In this document: positions 30,810-40,249 of the stretch, piece by piece
Layout: each line of letters begins with the position of its first letter
How positions within the stretch are numbered: position 1 is the stretch's first letter
DNA from: Bacteroidia bacterium
GTDB lineage: Bacteria > Bacteroidota > Bacteroidia > M30B66
Length of the DNA stretch: 64,000 nucleotides
Assembly: GCA_965279035.1 (NCBI GenBank)
Contig: OZ257142.1
Coordinates: 1,216,001 to 1,280,000 of the forward strand
Direction: 5' to 3'
The notes under the pieces: generated by a model
The model's database searches: none
Told to the model about the DNA's origin: nothing
The model's input: the letters and a program-made list of their open reading frames with translations, nothing else
Program-made: the position numbers and the translations under genes

Positions 30810-31181
30810 ATGCAATTCGCTCACGAAAAGACAGAGCATTATACAATTTTGAAGGTGTTAGCTGAAAAGCTCGACAGTACTATCGCACCGGATTTGAAGT
30901 CGGAACTTCTCTTATTAAGCAAAGACGGAGTAGTAAATGTCATTTTAGATTTGACAAACACGCGTTATTGCGATTCTTCCGGACTTTCTTCTGTGCTTGT
31001 TGGTAACAGATTATGTAAAAATGAAAATGGAACATTAGTTCTTGTTGGGCTTCAGCCTTCAGTAAGAAAACTAATCACTATTTCTCAATTGGATCCAGTT
31101 TTACATATTGTTCCAACGGTAAGTGAGGCAATTGACTATCTCTTTATGGAGTCGATTGAAAAAGATTTGAATAACGAATAA
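30810..31181 (+). CDS. STAS domain anti-sigma factor antagonist
   Basis: ILDL....YCDSSGLS phospho-serine motif, ISQLD; start ATG 30798 or 30810, with TAGGTTTG at 30785-30792. Confidence 0.88.
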   Translation: MQFAHEKTEHYTILKVLAEKLDSTIAPDLKSELLLLSKDGVVNVILDLTNTRYCDSSGLSSVLVGNRLCKNENGTLVLVGLQPSVRKLITISQLDPVLHIVPTVSEAIDYLFMESIEKDLNNE

Positions 31182-31191
31182 AAAATCAATT

Positions 31192-32082
31192 ATGCTAAAA
31201 CGCTACTTCTTGGCTGCTTTTGCAGTAGTCACTTTTCAGGTAATTGCATCAGCTCAATGCACTCCTAACATAATGTATCAAGATTCATCATTTGGAATTT
31301 GGCCCGATACCGTTACCAATTTGCCTTGTGCTTTTGCCGATGAAGTTGGAGGATATAATGCGGTAATCAATATAAAAACACTTACAGATACAACTGTTAC
31401 TGTTACTGGATTTGGCAACGTAGCAGCATACATTGAAGCGTTTCGAGTGAATGGGGTTTCTGGTTTGCCTGCCGGATTTACATATATACCCAATCAAACT
31501 ACATGGACAAACCTTGGTACTGTACCTGCTTATATTTCAGTACAAGGATGTATGTCAGTTTTAGCTACCCAATCGGCTATCCAAAATATTATTTCTAATA
31601 ATCCTGCTGGCGCTGATTTTCCTTTGGTTGTTACTGTTGATGCTAAAATCAATTCGACTGACAACACCTTGGCTAATTTTGTTTTAGCTGGAAAGTGGCT
31701 ATCGGAGGTGACATCTATTCCTGGTGTTCAAGCAATTCCTGTTACTGGATATAGTATAAAAGTTCGTCCTAGCTCATCGGCTGGTTGTGTTCCATTAGCT
31801 ACAATTGAAGTCAATAATTCTTCGTTCGATATCCAAGGAAACTTTCCAAATCCATTCTCAGGGATGACCGAAATTCGCTACACTTCTGCAAATCGCAAAG
31901 AAGTTTCTTTCGAAATTAGGAATATGGTTGGAAAACAAATTTTAAATCGCACAATTAAAGCTGAACGTGGCTCTAATTCGATCACAGTGAATTCAGATCA
32001 ATTAGTTCCAGGAATTTATTTTTATACGATCACGGATGGTAAAAAATCAATGACTCGTAAAATGATTGTTTCTCAGAACTAG
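31192..32082 (+). CDS. Secreted protein with T9SS type A sorting domain
   Basis: Signal peptide (ASA-Q); NFPNPF...NMVGK...PGIYFY...TRKMIV C-terminal domain. Confidence 0.88.
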   Translation: MLKRYFLAAFAVVTFQVIASAQCTPNIMYQDSSFGIWPDTVTNLPCAFADEVGGYNAVINIKTLTDTTVTVTGFGNVAAYIEAFRVNGVSGLPAGFTYIPNQTTWTNLGTVPAYISVQGCMSVLATQSAIQNIISNNPAGADFPLVVTVDAKINSTDNTLANFVLAGKWLSEVTSIPGVQAIPVTGYSIKVRPSSSAGCVPLATIEVNNSSFDIQGNFPNPFSGMTEIRYTSANRKEVSFEIRNMVGKQILNRTIKAERGSNSITVNSDQLVPGIYFYTITDGKKSMTRKMIVSQN

Positions 32083-32103
32083 TCAATTCATAATGAAATT
32101 ATT

Positions 32104-32138
32104 AACCCTGTTAGATTCTATTTCTAACAGGGTTTTTT
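32104..32138 (+). terminator. Intrinsic terminator
   Basis: AACCCTGTTAGA-loop-TCTAACAGGGTT followed by TTTT. Confidence 0.85.
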
Positions 32139-32178
32139 CATCTTTAGAACAAGCACAATTTTCACGCGTTTATTCGCT

Positions 32179-33093
32179 ATGTCATTTGAAGTAACAATTC
32201 TAGGTTGTGGGTCTGCGACTCCTACTCTAACTCGAAATCCAACCGCACAATATGTAAGAATAAATTCTGCTGAATTTCTTATTGATTGCGGTGAAGGCAC
32301 TCAACTTCAACTACTTCGGTTTAAATGCAAAGCCAATAAATTAAAAGCCATATTTATTTCTCATTTACATGGCGACCATTTTTTTGGTTTGCCTGGATTA
32401 CTTTCTACCATGCATTTGATGGGAAGAAAAAATAAAATCACTATCTATGGCCCTGAACCTTTGAAAGGTATACTGAATCAACTGTTCGAGGCATCAGAAA
32501 CAACATTACGTTTCCCAATCGAATTTATTTCTACCCAGTCTGATAAAAAAAATCTTCTGTTAGAAACTCAAACATTTTCTGTTTACTCATTTCCTCTAAA
32601 CCACCGAATTCCTTGTACGGGCTTTATTTTTAAGGAAAAAGAGCATCCCCGAAATTTGAGAAGAGATATTATTCAAGAATTGAACATTCCGATTGCTTCG
32701 ATGAAATCAATCAAAGCTGGAAACGACTTTATACAGCCAAGTGGTGAAGTAATTTTAAATAGTGAACTTACTTACCCGCTTCAGAAATCATATAGTTATG
32801 CCTTTTGTTCTGATACAGCTCCGGATGAGCATATTGTTGAATCCTTAAAAGGAATTGATTGGTTATATCATGAAGCTACATTCCAAAAAGACTTGATTGA
32901 TCGTGCAATAGATACCTTTCATAGTACTGCAGAACAAGCAGCACAAATGGCATTGCAATGCGGAGCGAAGACCTTATTGATTGGCCATTATTCGGCTAGA
33001 TATTCTGATATTGAAGAACTAAAACACGAAGCTGAATCGATATTTCCCAACGTAATTGCCGTTGAGGATGGGATGATTTTTACGATAGCATAA
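32179..33093 (+). CDS. rnz: Ribonuclease Z
   Basis: LG.GSATP, DCGEGTQ, SHLHGDH, CSDT, YHEATF, HST, GHYSARY. Confidence 0.95.
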   Translation: MSFEVTILGCGSATPTLTRNPTAQYVRINSAEFLIDCGEGTQLQLLRFKCKANKLKAIFISHLHGDHFFGLPGLLSTMHLMGRKNKITIYGPEPLKGILNQLFEASETTLRFPIEFISTQSDKKNLLLETQTFSVYSFPLNHRIPCTGFIFKEKEHPRNLRRDIIQELNIPIASMKSIKAGNDFIQPSGEVILNSELTYPLQKSYSYAFCSDTAPDEHIVESLKGIDWLYHEATFQKDLIDRAIDTFHSTAEQAAQMALQCGAKTLLIGHYSARYSDIEELKHEAESIFPNVIAVEDGMIFTIA

Positions 33094-33162
33094 GAAAAAT
33101 GTAGTTAGAATCGTTCTTATTAAGAAAAAAATGTTAGTATCTTTATCAAAATTGCCATTCAG

Positions 33163-33915
33163 ATGACGATTACAAAAGACCGTATTCTGTTAGATATCGT
33201 AAAAGATAATCCGCTACTTGCTTCTGTAGTAGATCGTTTTGGGATATCTTATTCGAAATGGACTTTGAGTTTAGAAAAAGCATGTGAGATAGATCAGGTC
33301 AATGCAGGATTGCTTTTAGAAATGTTGAAAGCGTTTTCAGAAAATAATTATTTCCCAAAAGACGAACTTCGACAACTTCCTTTAGAATCATTGATTGAGT
33401 ATTTGATTAAAACTCACATCTATTATATTAATTCACGCTTGCCTCGTATTGAACAGTTTATTGATCTTTTAATTGATCATTATGGCAAGTTTGATATGCA
33501 GCTTTATTTACTAAAGGATTATTTTCAAGATTACAAACGCGATATGTATGCACATATTTGCATCGAAGAGCGTGAATTATTCCCATATGTTCTTAAGCTT
33601 ATTCGTAGTGTTGATGATACTGAATTAACGAATGTTGGTTTATTTAACCTACTCGAGAAAAACTCAATTACCAATTTCATCAACGAACATCATCATGTTG
33701 AAGATGATTTAGGTGAAATTCGTAGACGTTTAAATAATTATTCCGAAGCGAATAATCATAAAGTTCAAATCACAACGCTCTTCTATGAATTGCGAATATT
33801 TGAAATTGATTTATTAACGCATAGTAAAGTGGAAGATGAAATATTAATTCCACGTGCTCAAGAAATTGAAAATCTTCTCAAGAAAAAAATGCTGCATAAA
33901 GCAATCTTGAGTTAA
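33163..33915 (+). CDS. Hemerythrin-domain protein (Ric/YtfE-like)
   Basis: N-terminal FGI....SLEKAC (ScdA-like), HIYY, H...EE.ELFPY, EH, H..VEDEIL.P. Confidence 0.78.
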   Translation: MTITKDRILLDIVKDNPLLASVVDRFGISYSKWTLSLEKACEIDQVNAGLLLEMLKAFSENNYFPKDELRQLPLESLIEYLIKTHIYYINSRLPRIEQFIDLLIDHYGKFDMQLYLLKDYFQDYKRDMYAHICIEERELFPYVLKLIRSVDDTELTNVGLFNLLEKNSITNFINEHHHVEDDLGEIRRRLNNYSEANNHKVQITTLFYELRIFEIDLLTHSKVEDEILIPRAQEIENLLKKKMLHKAILS

Positions 33916-33924
33916 TTCAGTCAC

Positions 33925-34827
33925 TTAGTTTCTTAAATAGTTGCGAATAATTTCGTTTTCATCGCTTAGGGGATGAACCCAGTTTGCTTTTATTTTATTA
34001 TTGATCCAAGTAATTTGTCTTTTAGCATAACGTCGTGTATTCTGACGGATTAATTCTATAGCTTTTTCATAAGGAATATCTCCATCGATGTAACTAAATA
34101 GCTCCTTATAACCAACTGTTTGCAGGGCATTTAGTTTTCGAAATGGAACTAAAGACTTAGTTTCATCTAGCCAACCTTTGTCAAGCATTACCTGCGTTCG
34201 TTTATTGATATTACTATATAATTCTTCTCTGGGTAGATCAGTTGCCAAGTAAATTGTATCAAAAGAGCGCTCTGGATTTTTTCTTTGTCGAAGCGAAGTA
34301 TACGTTTTCCCGCTACTACGAATAAGTTCTAGTGCTCTAATTAAACGTTGAGGGTTTTGAAGATCTACCTGTGAAGCATACTCTGGATCTTTCTCGATAA
34401 GTTCTTTCTGAAGCAACTCTATCCCAGAAAATTGAAGTTGTTCCTCGATTTCTTCTCTAATTCCAGCTTGAATTTCTGGAAGTTCATCCAAACCATTGAT
34501 TAAAGCATCGATGTATAAACCTGTGCCACCACAAACAATTTGAACTGGATTTTCACAGAAAAGGGTTTCAAGGATTTTGAGTGATTCCTTCTCGAAAATT
34601 CCTGCATTGAACGGTTCATAAATATGCTTGTTCCCAATAAAATAATGGGGTGCCAAATTCAATTGATCTTCATCTGGCGCAGCACTTCCAATCTTTAGTT
34701 CCTTAAATACTTGCCTCGAATCGGCCGATATGATAGAACATTTTAATTGACGAGCAAGTCGAATACTTAAATCCGTTTTGCCTGATCCTGTTGGACCAGT
34801 TACAACCAGTATGACCGGTTTTTTCAT
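33925..34827 (-). CDS. miaA: tRNA dimethylallyltransferase
   Basis: GPTGSGKT, SADSRQ, GGTGLY, TVGYKE, TRRYAKRQITW. Confidence 0.97.
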   Translation of the reverse strand: MKKPVILVVTGPTGSGKTDLSIRLARQLKCSIISADSRQVFKELKIGSAAPDEDQLNLAPHYFIGNKHIYEPFNAGIFEKESLKILETLFCENPVQIVCGGTGLYIDALINGLDELPEIQAGIREEIEEQLQFSGIELLQKELIEKDPEYASQVDLQNPQRLIRALELIRSSGKTYTSLRQRKNPERSFDTIYLATDLPREELYSNINKRTQVMLDKGWLDETKSLVPFRKLNALQTVGYKELFSYIDGDIPYEKAIELIRQNTRRYAKRQITWINNKIKANWVHPLSDENEIIRNYLRN

Positions 34828-34831
34828 TTAA

Positions 34832-35605
34832 TCATTCATCGAAATCTCCACCACCGCCACCATATCCGCCACCGCTTCCATATTCATCTTCTTCACCACC
34901 TTCAGATCCAAATTCATCTTCATCATCTCCTCCACCAAAAGCATCTGCTTGACTATCGTTTTCATCAACCTCCGTTGTATTATTAAACTCTTCAGCAAGC
35001 TTAGCAATCTCATTATCGGTTTCTAAATCTTCTTCACTTAAGCCTATTTCTTCGGATTCAATTTCATCTGGTTCTTCTTCATCATCAACAGCTCCAGCTA
35101 AGGCCATCAACAATAAATCATCATCCTCTTCATCCACTTTCACTTTAGGTTTCCTGCCTCTTCCATCTTCTAATGGACGCTCTCTGGTTGGAATGATTAG
35201 AGTTTCCTTGTATTGAACTGGTGGAACTCCTACTGTACTTGCAACTTTAGGATAAACTGCTTTGTATTCTGGAGAACTCATAATCTTGATCAATTCAATA
35301 TTGAACGACCATTTAACTTCTTTGTCATAAACAAAAAGGAACTTTTGATGTGGATCATCAATATGATCAACTAAATCCACTTTTTTCATCAAAGTCATTT
35401 CAGATCCGCTGATAGTTCCTATCGACTCTCCTTTTCGCCAATTATGATCTGCTAGAAAAAATTCACCTTCATGAATAGTATCAAAACCAATCGACTTCAA
35501 TATCTCCAAAAAGAAATCAGCAAAACTGTGATCTACTTGTAAATCAATATCACGGTGGATGTCATCATAATCATCAAATGTGACGCGGAAACGGAGTATG
35601 CTCAT
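34832..35605 (-). CDS. pRiA4b ORF-3 / IS1096-passenger TnpR-like domain protein with a long acidic tail
   Basis: LRFRV.FD....RDI, F.FVYD....W.F.IEL, YP; the last ~100 aa are D/E- and Gly-rich. Confidence 0.7.
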   Translation of the reverse strand: MSILRFRVTFDDYDDIHRDIDLQVDHSFADFFLEILKSIGFDTIHEGEFFLADHNWRKGESIGTISGSEMTLMKKVDLVDHIDDPHQKFLFVYDKEVKWSFNIELIKIMSSPEYKAVYPKVASTVGVPPVQYKETLIIPTRERPLEDGRGRKPKVKVDEEDDDLLLMALAGAVDDEEEPDEIESEEIGLSEEDLETDNEIAKLAEEFNNTTEVDENDSQADAFGGGDDEDEFGSEGGEEDEYGSGGGYGGGGGDFDE

Positions 35606-35611
35606 ACGTAT

Positions 35612-37051
35612 TTATTCAATTTCAGAGATAGATTTTTTGAGAAGCGTTTTGGGTGTTAAGCCGAGTTTCGCTCCTTCATTCAACATAAACTGGTAAGCAT
35701 CTGCAAATCTATTTTGAATTTCTCCTTCTAAAACAGCTTCTCTTATTGCATTTTTAATTTGTCCAATTGCAATACCAGGGCTTATTCCAAAGGTTTCCAT
35801 AATATCTTTTCCGCTTACGGGTGGCTGCCAATTTCGAAGTCGGTCTTTTTCTTCTATCTCAAGGAGTTTTTGCTTGACGATTTCAAAGTTAGCCAAATAC
35901 CGCTTCACCTTCTCTTTGTTCTTGGATGTTATATCGGCTTGACAAAGAATCATCAAATCATCAATCTCATCACCCGCTTCAAATAAAAGTCGACGAACAG
36001 CCGAGTCGGTTACAGTTTCTTTGCTCAGTACGATGGGGCGTAAATGAAGTTGCACCAGTTTCTGAACATATTTCATTTTTTCATTCTGAGGAAGTTTCAG
36101 ATTCTTGAAAATATGAGGAACCATTCGGGCACCTTTATCTTCATGTCCATGAAACGTCCAACCATGTTCAGGTTCAAATCGTTTGGTAGCAGGTTTTGCA
36201 ATATCATGCAAGATAGCCGACCAGCGTAACCATAAATTTTCAGTGTGTAAACTGATATTATCTAATACCTGAAGTGTATGGTAAAAATTGTCCTTATGCG
36301 CTTTCCCTTTAATAACATCCACACCATAAAGTGCCGACATTTCAGGGAAAATAATGGATAATAAACCTGTGTCGAATAAATGTTTAAAGCCAATTGAGGG
36401 CACAGGTGATAAAACAATTTTATTAAGCTCTTCGGAGATACGTTCCTTTGAAACAATTCGAATTCGTTCTTTATTTCGGGCTATAGACGCAAGAGATTCT
36501 GCCTCAATTTGAAATCCCAATTGAGACGAAAATCGAATGGCTCTCATCATCCTTAATGGATCGTCGCTATACGTTTGATCAGGTGCTAAAGGCGTTCTTA
36601 AGATTCCATTCCGAAGATCGTCTAAGCCATGAAATGGATCAATCACTTCATTGCTATTCGAATGAAGTGCTATTGCCAATGCATTGATTGTAAAATCGCG
36701 ACGTTCCTGATCTTCTCCAATTGTCCCATCTTCAACAACGGGTTTTCTGGAATCTTTTCGGTAAGATTCTTTACGAGCCCCAACAAACTCCAACTCCAAA
36801 TCATCCAAATGGATCATTGCGGTACCGAAGTTTTTATAGATGTTCACATGAGCGCCTTTTCCAATTTTGGATGCAACTTTCTTGGCTAGTTCAATCCCAC
36901 TTCCTTCAACTACAATATCAATGTCTTTACATGGACGCCCTAATAATTCATCTCTCACAAATCCACCAATGACAAATGCACGAACATTTAATTCCGCAAC
37001 CGAATTTCGGAGCAATTCAAACACAGGGCCGGTAAGGTCTATTGTCGCCAA
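35612..37051 (-). CDS. cca: CCA-adding tRNA nucleotidyltransferase with HD domain
   Basis: GGFVRD, DIDIV, ARKESY, RRDFTINA, DDPLRMMRA.RF, LHDIAK. Confidence 0.9.
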   Translation of the reverse strand: MATIDLTGPVFELLRNSVAELNVRAFVIGGFVRDELLGRPCKDIDIVVEGSGIELAKKVASKIGKGAHVNIYKNFGTAMIHLDDLELEFVGARKESYRKDSRKPVVEDGTIGEDQERRDFTINALAIALHSNSNEVIDPFHGLDDLRNGILRTPLAPDQTYSDDPLRMMRAIRFSSQLGFQIEAESLASIARNKERIRIVSKERISEELNKIVLSPVPSIGFKHLFDTGLLSIIFPEMSALYGVDVIKGKAHKDNFYHTLQVLDNISLHTENLWLRWSAILHDIAKPATKRFEPEHGWTFHGHEDKGARMVPHIFKNLKLPQNEKMKYVQKLVQLHLRPIVLSKETVTDSAVRRLLFEAGDEIDDLMILCQADITSKNKEKVKRYLANFEIVKQKLLEIEEKDRLRNWQPPVSGKDIMETFGISPGIAIGQIKNAIREAVLEGEIQNRFADAYQFMLNEGAKLGLTPKTLLKKSISEIE

Positions 37052-37090
37052 AGCGGGCGCAAATTAGGATTTTTATCCCGTTTCTCTTGC

Positions 37091-38056
37091 TCAGTTTCCA
37101 AGCACTTTTACGGAAAGTATCCCCTCGGCACATTTAAAATGACCTTTCGGACATGCTTTAAATCCATGCAATCCACATGGTCGGCATGGGAGATTTTCTT
37201 CTGTTTGAATAATAGTAGAATCGGTCGATAAAGGACCAAAGCCAAACGATAGTACTGTGCTACAGAATATTACAGTTACTGGTGCATCAACTGCAGAACA
37301 GATATGCATTGGAGCAGAATCATTCACATAATTCATTTTTGCCCCTTTCATGAATGCAGCCGATTCGAGCAGACCGAATTTGCCACATACATTGTAAATG
37401 TTTGTTCGATTTATCTTTTCAAGAATCCGATCACATAATTCGACATCACCTGGACCACCAATCAAATAAATAGCAGTTTCTTTTGGTAGTAAATGGATCA
37501 ACTCAACCCATTTATGTTCTGGCCATTGTTTCGTAAACCAAACCGATGCAGGAGCAATGCATACATACGGTTTCTCAGATTGAAAATCGAGTGGAGGAGG
37601 ATAAAGTTTAGGCTTTGGAATGCCTTGAATATTCAAATGTTCAATCAATTTTAAATTTCGTTCGCATTCGTGTAAACCATTGCTAATGGCATGCTTCACT
37701 TTATATTTAAAAAGAAAAGCAAAAGGGTTTTTATCAAATCCAACGGTCGATTTAGCACCTGAAAATCCAGTAAGAAATCCTGATGCAGCAAAGCGTTGAC
37801 AATTAATTACCAAGTCGTATTTCTGTCTTCGAATAGCAATTAAAAGCAGCAATAAGTTTTTGTATTTACTTCCTACTTTGTCCCAAACAAAAACGGTTTT
37901 TAAAAATGGATGTCGGTTGAAAAGTGCTTGATTTCCTTTTCGAACAACCATATCCAATCGAGCATCAGGATATGTAGCATGCAATGCTTCCAGAATTGGA
38001 GTTGCTAATATCACATCACCAATAAAAGCCGTTTGAATTATGAGGATCTTTTTCAA
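37091..38056 (-). CDS. Glycosyltransferase family 9 (heptosyltransferase-like)
   Basis: IQTAFIGDVIL.TP, TKQWP, NDSAPMH, CRPC..HG...CP.GHFKC. Confidence 0.9.
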   Translation of the reverse strand: MKKILIIQTAFIGDVILATPILEALHATYPDARLDMVVRKGNQALFNRHPFLKTVFVWDKVGSKYKNLLLLLIAIRRQKYDLVINCQRFAASGFLTGFSGAKSTVGFDKNPFAFLFKYKVKHAISNGLHECERNLKLIEHLNIQGIPKPKLYPPPLDFQSEKPYVCIAPASVWFTKQWPEHKWVELIHLLPKETAIYLIGGPGDVELCDRILEKINRTNIYNVCGKFGLLESAAFMKGAKMNYVNDSAPMHICSAVDAPVTVIFCSTVLSFGFGPLSTDSTIIQTEENLPCRPCGLHGFKACPKGHFKCAEGILSVKVLGN

Positions 38057-38068
38057 TCGAAAATAAAA

Positions 38069-38875
38069 TTAAACAGCTATATGATGTTCTCTTAATGCAT
38101 CATTCAATGAAGTCTTTAAGTCGGTTGAAGCTTTTCTTTTTCCAATAATTAAAGCACAAGGAACTTGAAATTCACCTGCAGGAAATTGTTTGGTATACGA
38201 TCCCGGAATGACTACTGAACGAGCAGGTACTTTTCCTTTATATTCGATCGGTTTATCACCCGAAACATCAATGATTTTAGTGCTTTGAGTTATGACAACG
38301 TTAGCACCTAAAACGGCTTCTTTTTCAACGTGAACACCTTCAACCACAATACAACGAGAGCCAATAAAACAACCATCTTCAATGATTACTGGACTAGCTT
38401 GAACCGGTTCTAAAACACCTCCAATTCCAACGCCTCCACTAAGATGGACATGCTTTCCAATTTGAGCACAAGAACCAACAGTTGCCCAAGTATCGACCAT
38501 CGTTCCTTCATCTACATAAGCACCTATATTTACATACGAAGGCATGAGTATCGTTCCTGAAGCCAAATAACTTCCGTATCGCGCAACAGCATGAGGAACA
38601 ACACGAACACCCAAAGCAGCATATCCAGTTTTGAGTTGCATTTTATCGTGAAATTCAAATGGACCGAGTTCAATGGTTTTCATTTGTTGAATTGGGAAAT
38701 ACAAAATCACCGCTTTCTTAACCCATTCATTCACAATCCAAGTTTCCCCATTCGGTTCAGCAACACGAATTCTTCCTTTATCAATTTCTTCGATCACTTG
38801 ACGGATCACTTTCTGAACCGATGTGTCTTTTAATAATTCCCTGTTTCCCCAGGCTTCTTCTATGATTGCTTGCAT
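38069..38875 (-). CDS. dapD: Tetrahydrodipicolinate N-succinyltransferase
   Basis: WVKKAVILYF, MPSYVNIGAYV, MVDTWATVGSCAQIG, GGVLEP, KTSLN..LR. Confidence 0.97.
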   Translation of the reverse strand: MQAIIEEAWGNRELLKDTSVQKVIRQVIEEIDKGRIRVAEPNGETWIVNEWVKKAVILYFPIQQMKTIELGPFEFHDKMQLKTGYAALGVRVVPHAVARYGSYLASGTILMPSYVNIGAYVDEGTMVDTWATVGSCAQIGKHVHLSGGVGIGGVLEPVQASPVIIEDGCFIGSRCIVVEGVHVEKEAVLGANVVITQSTKIIDVSGDKPIEYKGKVPARSVVIPGSYTKQFPAGEFQVPCALIIGKRKASTDLKTSLNDALREHHIAV

Positions 38876-39010
38876 AACGCGGCTAAGATACTCGATTGAA
38901 TCTACCTCGATTTAGTGCTCAATGAAATTTGTTAAAATTTTTCTGAATTGAACATTTTATCCATTACTCGATTTTCTTTCTTGCTCAAGAACATCCGCTA
39001 TATTCGCCCC

Positions 39011-40249
39011 ATGATTCACTATTCACGCTTTACTCTAAAAAATGGATTGAAAGTCATTGTGCATGAAGATGCTTCTACACCTTTGGCTTGTATTAATATT
39101 TTGTATGATGTTGGTGCACGAGATGAAAATCCTGAACAGACAGGCTTTGCGCATCTTTTTGAACATTTGATGTTTGGTGGCTCGATCAATATTCCAAGTT
39201 ACGATACACCTTTACAAGAGGCCGGAGGCGAAAACAATGCATTCACCAATAATGATATCACAAATTATTATTTAACACTTCCTGCTCAAAACCTCGAAAC
39301 TGGCTTTTGGTTGGAATCAGATCGTATGCTCAGTTTGGCATTTTCCGATAAAAGTTTGGAAGTGCAGCGAAGTGTCGTTATTGAAGAATTCAAACAACGT
39401 TATTTGAATCAACCCTATGGGGATGAATGGTTGTTGATTCGTCCGCTTGCCTATCATGTTCATCCGTATCGTTGGGCAACAATTGGTAAGGAAATAAAGC
39501 ACATCGAAGATGCTAAAATGGAAGATGTTCGGGCATTTTTCAATCGTTTCTATTTGCCTTCCAATGCCATTATGGTGGTAGCTGGTGATGTAAAATATGA
39601 TGATGTAAAACGACTTGCTGAAAAATGGTTTGAACCAATTCCTTCAGGCCAAAAGCCCATACGTTTAATTCCTGCCGAACCCAAACAAAGTTCTCCTCGA
39701 AGAGAAACTGTATACAGAGATGTGCCTTCTGATTCGATTCACAAAGTGTATCATATGGCAGCTCGCATGGATCCAGAATATCATGCACAAGACTTACTTT
39801 CGGATGTGCTTGGACGTGGACAATCATCTCGTTTATTTAATGCATTGGTAAAGGATCGTCAATTATTCACCGAAATTTCGGCGCATGTAAGTGGCAGTTT
39901 CGATAAAGGACTTTTCGTTATCAATGGACGATTACGAAATGGCGTTTCTCCCGAAGAAGCAGAATCAGGAATTCAACAAGAAATTGATCGAATTCTAATA
40001 GAAGGAATCTCGGAAAATGAACTCACCAAAGTGAAAAACAAAGCAGAAAGCACTCATGTTTTTGGTGAAGTAAGTGTGCTCAATAAAGCCATGAATTTAG
40101 CTTTTGGTGAATTGTTGGGTGATATTGAAATGATCAATACTGAAATTTCAAAATTGCAAGCAGTTACTTCCGAAGCTGTTTTGAATGAAGCTAAAAAAAT
40201 CCTTACCGAAGAAAATTGTTCTACACTTTACTACCTGCGAAATCAATGA
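39011..40249 (+). CDS. M16 family zinc peptidase, catalytic subunit
   Basis: Inverted zincin HLFEH, NAFT, LESDRM; start at ATG 39011. Confidence 0.92.
   Translation: MIHYSRFTLKNGLKVIVHEDASTPLACINILYDVGARDENPEQTGFAHLFEHLMFGGSINIPSYDTPLQEAGGENNAFTNNDITNYYLTLPAQNLETGFWLESDRMLSLAFSDKSLEVQRSVVIEEFKQRYLNQPYGDEWLLIRPLAYHVHPYRWATIGKEIKHIEDAKMEDVRAFFNRFYLPSNAIMVVAGDVKYDDVKRLAEKWFEPIPSGQKPIRLIPAEPKQSSPRRETVYRDVPSDSIHKVYHMAARMDPEYHAQDLLSDVLGRGQSSRLFNALVKDRQLFTEISAHVSGSFDKGLFVINGRLRNGVSPEEAESGIQQEIDRILIEGISENELTKVKNKAESTHVFGEVSVLNKAMNLAFGELLGDIEMINTEISKLQAVTSEAVLNEAKKILTEENCSTLYYLRNQ

Noticed and set aside
34828-35013. Met-rich 61-aa alternative-frame ORF
   Set aside because: It arises from GAT/GAA codon runs of the acidic tail read in another frame.
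34832-35605. Mobile element implied by the 'IS1096 passenger/TnpR' family name
   Set aside because: No transposase, terminal inverted repeats or target duplication; the gene is packed between housekeeping genes.
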